In this document: in pieces, positions 1 through 5,357 of the stretch
Layout: every line of letters starts with the position of its first letter
Position numbering within the stretch: the first letter of the stretch is position 1
IMG/VR virus record: IMGVR_UViG_3300010282_000006
Span: 1-10,314 of that record
DNA from: a virus
Taxonomy: Duplodnaviria > Heunggongvirae > Uroviricota > Caudoviricetes
Reading direction: 5' to 3' (one strand)
Length of the DNA stretch: 10,314 nucleotides
Program-made: the position numbers and the translations under genes
Notes under the pieces: generated by a model
The model's database searches: none
The model's input: the letters and a program-made list of their open reading frames with translations, nothing else
Told to the model about the DNA's origin: nothing

Positions 1-2
1 AC

Positions 3-78
3 TCCTCCTTAGCTCAGTCGGTAGAGCACGCGGCTGTTAACCGCGGTGTCGTTGGTTCGAGTCCAACAGGGGGAGCCA
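3..78 (+). tRNA. tRNA-Asn (GTT)
   Basis: Cloverleaf read directly: acceptor TCCTCCT/AGGGGGA, D-arm GCTC/GAGC, anticodon stem CGCGG/CCGCG with loop CT-GTT-AA, TTCGAGT T-loop, encoded CCA at 76-78. Confidence 0.97.
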
Positions 79-83
79 AAGAG

Positions 84-120
84 CAGCGCCGCCACGAAGG
101 TGGCGGCGCTGTTTCCATTT
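84..120 (+). terminator. GC-rich hairpin between tRNAs; possible weak intrinsic terminator or processing signal
   Basis: Perfect 12-bp stem CAGCGCCGCCAC (84-95)/GTGGCGGCGCTG (100-111), GAAG loop, followed by an interrupted U-tract TTTCCATTT. Confidence 0.5.
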
Positions 121-137
121 AGGGAACATGAATACAT

Positions 138-214
138 GGGCCTTTAGCTCAGTCGGTCAGAGCAGCCGGCTCATAACCGGTCGGTCCTGGGTTCGAGTCC
201 CCGAAGGCCCACCA
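138..214 (+). tRNA. tRNA with CAT anticodon, most likely tRNA-Ile2 (lysidine-modified) rather than tRNA-Met
   Basis: Acceptor GGGCCTT/AAGGCCC, anticodon loop CT-CAT-AA, encoded CCA. C4:G69 and C5:G68 pairs and the CTCATAA loop match bacterial tRNA-Ile2 features (established knowledge). The Ile2 versus Met call is inference. Confidence 0.9.
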
Positions 215-215
215 T

Positions 216-291
216 AGGGGTATAGCTCAGCTGGTAGAGCAGCGGTCTCCAAAACCGCGTGTCGAGAGTTCGAATCTTTCTGCCCCTGCCA
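216..291 (+). tRNA. tRNA-Trp (CCA); probable integration target
   Basis: Acceptor AGGGGTA/TGCCCCT, anticodon stem GCGGT/ACCGC with loop CT-CCA-AA, TTCGAAT T-loop, encoded CCA end. The gene is intact. Confidence 0.96.
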
Positions 292-299
292 AGAAAGTG

Positions 300-338
300 C
301 AGATTCTTTGGAGAAATCCAAGGAATCTGTTCTTTTTT
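300..338 (+). terminator. Rho-independent terminator of the tRNA cluster
   Basis: Stem CAGATTCTTTGGA (300-312)/TCCAAGGAATCTG (317-329) with one G-U pair, GAAA loop, followed by TTCTTTTTT. Confidence 0.85.
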
Positions 339-365
339 ATCTTAAAAAGTTGAGATAAATTTTGC

Positions 366-428
366 CATCTAACACACATGCCTCAGCATCTAACATTCAT
401 CTAACACTTTTCAAACACATCATCTAAC
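366..428. repeat. Four direct repeats of CATCTAAC; probable integrase arm-type binding sites
   Basis: Copies start at 366, 387, 398 and 421 (the first three continue with A), with spacings of 21, 11 and 23 bp, between the tRNA and the end of the integrase gene. Confidence 0.75.
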
Positions 429-1570
429 GCAGCCGCCATTTCGACCTTGGAAGTCTTCACGGCATGACCGTAAAACTTGAGCGTCGTGTTGGGACTTTCG
501 TGTCCGAGCCATTCCGCAACCTGGGATACATTGAATCCCATTTCCAAAAGATTCGTCGCGGCGCTGTGTCTGAGATCGTGGAGACGAACCTGCGGAAGCG
601 TGCTCTTTGTGATCGTCTTGTGAAATGTCTTTGTGAGGTAATTCGGTGTGATGACTCTGCCGTCTGGCCAGGTGCAAAGGAAGTTGCTCTCGATGTAGTA
701 GTCTCCCATGATCCGCTTGCGCTCGTCCTGCAGATCGCCCTGGTGTTTTATCAGTTCGTAGATGCTATCAGGCATGGGGAGCGTTCTCATACTGCTGTCC
801 GTCTTTGTTTCGTCTTCGTAGTCTCCGCCAACGCCCTGCTGCAATGTGTTTTCCACGGTGATCGTGCGGCGCTGGAAGTCGATTGCGTCCCATTTGAGGC
901 CGAGGACTTCACTTCTGCGGAATCCATAGAAAGCAGTCAGTCTAACCGGAAGCTCCACGACAGATCCATTGAAAAGCACCAGAAGCTCGTCGATTTCCTT
1001 CGTGTTCAGAAACTCAGGTTTGAACTTCCTTACCTTCGTTTCCGGCTTTGGCATATCAACCGCCGTTGCCGGATTGAGGGGTATCAGATGATCGTGAACC
1101 GCATCTGACAATGCCTTGCTGATGTTCTGCTGATGGTGTTTTACGGTTGTCGGCGACAGAGCTTCGCCAGTTTTGAGCTTGCTACCTCTTTTGAGCTTTG
1201 CTTTGAAGTATGCTTCGAGATCTTGCGTTGTGAGCGCTTGCAGTGGGATGTTTTTCGCCTTGAAGTATGGAATTATGTGGTTTTGCATATTCCCCTCGTA
1301 GTTGCGATAGGTGTTTTGCCTGACCTCTTTCTTGATCTTCACCAGCCAAAGCTCAAAGTATTCCGCGACGGTAATGTCGTTTTGCGGAACGACCATTCCG
1401 TTCAGCTCGATCAACTTCTCCTGCAAGAACCGCTCTGCAGCCTTCTTGTTGCCTCGAATCGGTAGCTCTGTACTGATCCACTTCTGTCTCCGTTTTCCGT
1501 TTTCGTCTTTTAGGTTGAGAACGACGTGGAATTTGCCGTTCTTGATTTGCAAGTTGCCTGTGACCGCCAT
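401..1570 (-). CDS. int: Tyrosine recombinase/integrase (phage/ICE type, 389 aa)
   Basis: Catalytic residues present: R (GFRRSE), K (ETKT), HxxR (HDLRH), H (LGH), Y (FYGH). N-terminal arm-binding-like segment (KFHVVLNLKDENGKRRQKW) and a core-binding middle domain. RBS AAGGAGG upstream. Confidence 0.96.
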   Translation of the reverse strand: MAVTGNLQIKNGKFHVVLNLKDENGKRRQKWISTELPIRGNKKAAERFLQEKLIELNGMVVPQNDITVAEYFELWLVKIKKEVRQNTYRNYEGNMQNHIIPYFKAKNIPLQALTTQDLEAYFKAKLKRGSKLKTGEALSPTTVKHHQQNISKALSDAVHDHLIPLNPATAVDMPKPETKVRKFKPEFLNTKEIDELLVLFNGSVVELPVRLTAFYGFRRSEVLGLKWDAIDFQRRTITVENTLQQGVGGDYEDETKTDSSMRTLPMPDSIYELIKHQGDLQDERKRIMGDYYIESNFLCTWPDGRVITPNYLTKTFHKTITKSTLPQVRLHDLRHSAATNLLEMGFNVSQVAEWLGHESPNTTLKFYGHAVKTSKVEMAAALDDVFEKC

Positions 1571-1620
1571 GAGTTAGATCCTCCTTTCACCTTGGCGTAC
1601 AGTCAACCATATCCCACTAC

Positions 1621-1648
1621 ATTATAGCATGGATATGGTCTAAAGCAA
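1621..1648 (-). promoter_or_regulatory. Putative sigma-A promoter of int (TTGCTT-N16-TATAAT, extended -10)
   Basis: On the - strand: TTGCTT (1648-1643), 16-nt spacer ending in TGC, consensus TATAAT (1626-1621). Flanked by the inverted repeat ACCATATCC (1606-1614)/GGATATGGT (1631-1639). Confidence 0.65.
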
Positions 1649-1655
1649 ACTGTTT

Positions 1656-1844
1656 TTATATCTCTTTTAGAATGTAAGAAATAACGCTTATCTTCGGGAT
1701 AATGTACCGCTTTCCTATGCGAATAGTTTTGATTGAGCCATCTTTCAGAAGCATATACGCGGCGTTGCGTCCAATGTGTAGCATCTCCATAAGGTCAGAC
1801 ACGGTTATGATGTCTGGATATGCGCCAAACATGCTGCTATCCAC
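1656..1844 (-). CDS. xis: Excisionase / recombination directionality factor (small winged-HTH, 62 aa)
   Basis: Excisionase-like pattern ITVSDLMEMLHIGRNAAYMLLKDGSIKTIRIGKRYIIPK, directly upstream of int. GTG start with RBS AAAGGAGGTG. Confidence 0.88.
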   Translation of the reverse strand: MDSSMFGAYPDIITVSDLMEMLHIGRNAAYMLLKDGSIKTIRIGKRYIIPKISVISYILKEI

Positions 1845-1868
1845 AATTTTTCACCTCCTTTATGATTC

Positions 1869-1903
1869 AGGGTATCGGTTTTTCGCCGATACCCTATTTT
1901 TTT
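1869..1903 (+). terminator. Intrinsic terminator oriented on the + strand, opposite to the element genes
   Basis: Perfect 10-bp stem AGGGTATCGG (1869-1878)/CCGATACCCT (1886-1895) followed by A and T7 (1897-1903). No U-tract on the - strand side. Confidence 0.7.
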
Positions 1904-1972
1904 GCCAGTTGTTTATAATCTGCGCGCGGCATTTACAAGGCTGAAAAGATAGTCAGCCCAGCGTTTCACCCC

Positions 1973-2257
1973 TTACATGAAAGCGTGCGCGACAAGCCCG
2001 TTAAGGAACAACACCAGATGCACCATCGACCCTTTGATAACGTAGACATACCATTCGCAGTCCTTACTGTGGTCGCTATGATGGTAGCGGTAGGTCGTCA
2101 GTAGACTGTCGAGGCCGATTGCGTGGGCTAAACTGAGCGGCGCAACGCCGAGTGGGACGATGAACCACGCCCACATCATCTTCAGTATCCATCCACAGTA
2201 GACGCACGATAGCGCAAGGCAGAGCAGTAGCACAAAAAGGTTCGGTTTCTTTTCCAT
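1973..2257 (-). CDS. Small membrane protein (94 aa), phage-type hypothetical
   Basis: Start reassigned to MEKKPNL (ATG 2257, RBS AAGGAG). Hydrophobic segments LFVLLLCLALSCVYCGWIL, WAWFIVPLGVAPLSLAHAIG and the C-terminus. Confidence 0.7.
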   Translation of the reverse strand: MEKKPNLFVLLLCLALSCVYCGWILKMMWAWFIVPLGVAPLSLAHAIGLDSLLTTYRYHHSDHSKDCEWYVYVIKGSMVHLVLFLNGLVAHAFM

Positions 2258-2270
2258 AGTTCCATTCTCC

Positions 2271-2813
2271 TTATCCGTATAGTTTCTTGCGGAGTTCGCG
2301 TTGCTCATGGTTGAGTATTTCCATCTGGCTATACGACTCGTCTTCTGTGATCTCCCCGACGTGTAGCATACTACGGACGATTCGCATTTGTTCTGTAAGC
2401 TCATGGTAACGCGCTTCGTTGCGCTTAAACTCATCCATTCGCGTTTTGTTATCGCGTAGCCATTTGTCGATAATCTTATCCTTCCACTCGCGCCACTCGA
2501 TGTCCGGCAGGTTGACAGTTGGATAGTCCCGCGTCTTATCGTCTACATTTAAGGCGGGCTTGAGTGTAAGGATGTAATAGATCTCGTAAAGGTTCATATC
2601 TGCCTCGGTCGGAAGCTCGGCGTATTCAATTCTCGTCATGCGCTCTATGTCGATCGTCCTGTGCATAGGTCTTTGGTGAAAGTGTCCGCGCAGGCGGTCT
2701 TTCAAGTCCATGTTCGTCCGTCCGACGTAGACGACGCGATCCGTCCCGTCCGCGTCCGCATAATAGATGCGGTAGAGCGTATGCTTTCGCGGTTTAGTCT
2801 GCCTGTTTGCCAT
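2271..2813 (-). CDS. GIY-YIG superfamily nuclease with C-terminal helical/coiled-coil tail (about 180 aa)
   Basis: Motifs LYRIYY ... YVGRT, conserved R (LKDRL), E (NLYEIYYI) and N (KPALN). Start uncertain: ATG 2813 immediately after the YopX stop, or ATG 2834. Confidence 0.75.
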   Translation of the reverse strand: MANRQTKPRKHTLYRIYYADADGTDRVVYVGRTNMDLKDRLRGHFHQRPMHRTIDIERMTRIEYAELPTEADMNLYEIYYILTLKPALNVDDKTRDYPTVNLPDIEWREWKDKIIDKWLRDNKTRMDEFKRNEARYHELTEQMRIVRSMLHVGEITEDESYSQMEILNHEQRELRKKLYG

Positions 2814-2814
2814 T

Positions 2815-3351
2815 TCAAACGCTTGCCTTTTCATATTCTTCGTTCGCAATGTCGCACTCGTAACATTTTTGCGAATAGGCGTCGTTGCAATATGATCCTC
2901 CGTCAAATGGGCAGAAAGGCTCCTTGTTTTCGGCGGGTCTATCCAGAAACTCCGCGATCCACTCCCTTTTTGAGTTGTCGTGGATATTTCCGATGATGGT
3001 CAGGCCGAAAGATGTGTCGATGAGCATAGGCACATATCCTCTTACTGCACTCATTTTTTGCGGGAGAAGATAGAACGCGCCGCAAATCCGCTTGACCTCA
3101 TAAACCGCTTCGTTGCGGTCACGCACAATGTCGCCGTCATAGATTTCTGCCTTGCTAATGTCGCAGCAGCCAGAATACTCGCCGACGGTCTTCGGATCGA
3201 CCTGAATCCAATCGCTTGTGTACGGTTGTCTGCCGTTGATCCAACATGTTCCGATCCAGTCGACTGATTTTGGGCGATTCAGCCCATCGCCGATTATCCA
3301 CTCGCCATTGTCGAGCCGCTTACCGCGAAATTTGATTTGGTCGAGTACCAT
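2815..3351 (-). CDS. YopX family protein (178 aa)
   Basis: Signature IKFRGKR.DNGEW..G, TVGEYSG..D....IYDGDIV and IIGNIHDN. Start reassigned to ATG 3351 with RBS GGAGAGGT. Confidence 0.88.
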   Translation of the reverse strand: MVLDQIKFRGKRLDNGEWIIGDGLNRPKSVDWIGTCWINGRQPYTSDWIQVDPKTVGEYSGCCDISKAEIYDGDIVRDRNEAVYEVKRICGAFYLLPQKMSAVRGYVPMLIDTSFGLTIIGNIHDNSKREWIAEFLDRPAENKEPFCPFDGGSYCNDAYSQKCYECDIANEEYEKASV

Positions 3352-3368
3352 TATTACCTCTCCTTGTA

Positions 3369-3509
3369 TCATGTGGTTCGTCGAACGCTCTGTTTTGCGT
3401 TTTTTATAGCGATTATCTCTGCAAAAATGATTCCGTTTTCTGTTGATACGCTCGTAATGAGTAATTTGATGGGTAAAATTTTGTTGACGAAACAAGCCGA
3501 GTTATTCAG
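3369..3509 (-). CDS. Possible small ORF (46 aa) with CTG or degraded start
   Basis: Fills the gap between two coupled genes. GAGGAAG precedes CTG AAT AAC, which overlaps the upstream stop. No homology recognised. Confidence 0.25.
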   Translation of the reverse strand: MNNSACFVNKILPIKLLITSVSTENGIIFAEIIAIKNAKQSVRRTT

Positions 3510-3813
3510 ACGCTTCCTCAATCGTTTCTTTTCCTGCCTGATTTTGCTCCATTGCTGCTTTAACAATCATGTCGTAGCTTTGCGGATATGTGTAGAAAAA
3601 TTCGCTGTGGCTGCCAACGTCGAATTTCGTCATCGGGCGACCATTCCAATCTTCGTTCCAGACGCGCGTGTAGAAGATTTTGAAATGACGCTCATCACAG
3701 AAAGAGCGGATCTGATTGAAGATTTCATCGACGATCTTTTTGGCAGGCATTCTTCCGTCGATTTTGCCGATTCGACGGAGCTGACCAAGCCCGTTTTTGA
3801 AGTAAAGGATCAT
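3502..3813 (-). CDS. Hypothetical phage-type protein (103 aa)
   Basis: ATGA overlap with the upstream gene, RBS GGAGAGGG. Motif FKIFYTRVW...FDVGSHSEFF resembles small phage proteins (from recall only). Confidence 0.75.
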   Translation of the reverse strand: MILYFKNGLGQLRRIGKIDGRMPAKKIVDEIFNQIRSFCDERHFKIFYTRVWNEDWNGRPMTKFDVGSHSEFFYTYPQSYDMIVKAAMEQNQAGKETIEEASE

Positions 3814-4004
3814 GTGACGCCCTCTCCCTCCTTCGGGAAGAAGTCGCGGATTTTCTGCATTGCCGCGTCATCTTCCATATAGAACGGATCGCGGTCGCCG
3901 AAAATGTTGACAATAAGCTGTCCGAAGCGCCAGTCGGGACATTCAATTTCCCAGATACTTGCAAGCTCTTCACAAAACTTGCGGATTCTGTTTGGATCTC
4001 TCAT
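3810..4004 (-). CDS. Small phage-type protein (64 aa, MRDPNRI...PDWRFGQL; possibly DUF1040-like)
   Basis: ATGA overlaps at both ends, RBS AAAGGAG. The family assignment is tentative. Confidence 0.75.
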   Translation of the reverse strand: MRDPNRIRKFCEELASIWEIECPDWRFGQLIVNIFGDRDPFYMEDDAAMQKIRDFFPKEGEGVT

Positions 4005-4445
4005 ATTGCTCCTTTCTCGTGAAATATCACTACCATACTTGGGAATGGCGCGGAGTTCTTTCCGTCTCCGAATTTCAGCCGTCCACGCACAAAGCGCACC
4101 TCGACGTTCGGCTTGTTGTAGATGTAGTCGTGGAAGTAACTCGTGTCTGTTCGAGCCGGTATCAGCATGACTACCGTGGTGTTAGGCTTGCAGGATTCTT
4201 CGGAGCTTTTCTTTACCCAATCCTTAATTGCTCTGCCGTATGGCGGATTGCAGAAGACCGTATGCCCCCCCCCACGACTGTTCAAGTCCATTTTGCTCCT
4301 CCGTATAATAGCGGTCGCATTTGTGATTGGACTTGTCCGCGCAGGGATCGAGGGTAAAGTGAAACTCCGAATCCAGTTCGTCGAAGAAATTCTGCGGGGT
4401 AGCCCACTCGTTTGACTTCGACGAAAACATGACATCCAGATTCAT
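4001..4445 (-). pseudogene. Phage-type DNA N6-adenine methyltransferase (Dam family, PF05869-like), frameshifted at a G9 tract; 147 aa if G8
   Basis: ATG 4445 (RBS GAGGTG) gives MNLDVMFSSKSNEWATPQ...FTLDPCA...QSWGG, then goes out of frame and stops at 4224. The other frame continues GGHTVFCNPPYG...LIPARTDT...GRLKF...APFPS to 4001. The break is exactly at C9 (4265-4273 on +). Deleting one base gives a 444-nt ORF. Confidence 0.9.
4265..4273 (-). repeat. G9 homopolymer tract inside the methyltransferase gene
   Basis: Nine consecutive C on + (4265-4273). The - strand reads TGG GGG GGG G CAT ACG. Confidence 0.95.
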
Positions 4446-4464
4446 AGGTTCACCTCGTAATATT

Positions 4465-4941
4465 TTAGATTTTCCAGATTTCGACGTTTCCGGGATAGCG
4501 TGCAAGCGCGTCGGCAACCATCGGTAGCACGATCTTCCATTCGCCGCCTCCGAGCGCACAGCCGAACATCCACGGGAAACCGAGTGAAAAGCTGTTTTCG
4601 CATAGGAATTTGTTGTTTGCAAGGCTTGTAAGCGCACGCTCCAGCGCAGCATAGTCGGTTTGCTGCTTGCCGCGCCCATAGTGCTCTTGCCCGAAAAGAT
4701 TTGCGACAATGCGAGTTTTGCCCTCGTCTGTGTAGACAAGCTGGCAGGAACCGAGTGGAGATTTGCCCTGCAATCGCTTGCCCTCGCAGAAGAGCTTGTA
4801 CTGCTCAAAGACGCGGGGATATTCACGCCGGATCTGTTTTGCTATCCCCGCGCCCATAACGCCCTGACAGTTGACTTGATGGCAGATCACATCAACCTTG
4901 GAATCAAAGAGCAGATTGCCGTCATAGACTTTGATAGTCAC
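4465..4941 (-). CDS. Macrodomain protein (ADP-ribose binding/processing, 158 aa)
   Basis: GNLL...ICHQVNCQGVMGAGIAKQI N-terminal macro motif and FGCALGGGEW diphosphate-binding loop. ATGA overlap with the upstream gene. Confidence 0.9.
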   Translation of the reverse strand: MTIKVYDGNLLFDSKVDVICHQVNCQGVMGAGIAKQIRREYPRVFEQYKLFCEGKRLQGKSPLGSCQLVYTDEGKTRIVANLFGQEHYGRGKQQTDYAALERALTSLANNKFLCENSFSLGFPWMFGCALGGGEWKIVLPMVADALARYPGNVEIWKI

Positions 4942-5357
4942 TGCGGATCGCTCTCTCCGAGTACAGCAGCAATGGCGTCGATTTCCAGCTCCGTGCGCTT
5001 GTCGTTGGAAAGGAGCTTATCGAGCTGCTTTTCCATGTCGGCGAGCTGGGCGAGATCCTTCTTCTGGTCGATTGTGGCAATACGCTCGCTGATGTCAGCA
5101 CCCCAGAGGTCAAGCTGGAAGCCAGACACGATTGGCTGGTCGATACCGAGACTGTCAGCGGCCATAGCCAACGCCCGCAACTTGCAGCGGAGCAGGATCA
5201 GTTCATCGCGCTGAAGCACGTTTATGTTGTGCTTCGCGCCGTCCAGTTCGATGACGCAGCTCGTTCTTGGCGAGAATCGGATGGGATTGCCGATTGCCTT
5301 GCGGCGCTGCTCGATCTGCTTTTTGAGAGCAAGGATCTTGTCGTCATTTTTGCTCAT
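4938..5357 (-). CDS. Hypothetical protein with N- and C-terminal coiled coils (139 aa)
   Basis: TAATG overlap with the upstream gene, RBS GGAGGG. Heptad-like helices (ILALKKQIEQRR; LAQLADMEKQLDKLL). Confidence 0.8.
   Translation of the reverse strand: MSKNDDKILALKKQIEQRRKAIGNPIRFSPRTSCVIELDGAKHNINVLQRDELILLRCKLRALAMAADSLGIDQPIVSGFQLDLWGADISERIATIDQKKDLAQLADMEKQLDKLLSNDKRTELEIDAIAAVLGESDPQ

Noticed and set aside
138-214. U:C mismatch in the T-stem of the CAT tRNA (CTGGG/CCCCG) as a sign of pseudogenisation or integration scar
   Set aside because: A single stem mismatch is tolerated in many tRNAs, all other arms and the CCA end are intact, and this tRNA is not the one adjacent to the element.
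3-291. Direct link between the Thg1-like gene and the adjacent tRNA cluster
   Set aside because: The cluster has no tRNA-His, and the tRNAs look like ordinary host genes with encoded CCA.
366-428. CATCTAAC repeats as a CRISPR array or replication iterons
   Set aside because: The repeats are only 8-9 bp with 3-15 nt gaps, there are no cas or rep genes, and the position beside int fits arm-type sites better.
1912-1938. Possible xis promoter TTGTAA-N15-TATAAA on the - strand, and a TATAAT on + at 1914-1919
   Set aside because: The 15-nt spacer is too short, and the + strand -10 has no matching -35.
4001-4826. Track ORFs 4224..4826 (200 aa) and 4001..4435 (144 aa) as two separate genes
   Set aside because: Their N-terminal parts are off-frame reads of the macrodomain gene or the MTase 5' half. 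The real coding signal is one MTase starting at 4445 and shifted at the G9 tract.
4465-4941. Macrodomain as the antitoxin of a complete DarTG system
   Set aside because: No DarT-like ADP-ribosyltransferase is recognisable nearby, there is no DarG C-terminal domain, and the catalytic lysine appears absent.
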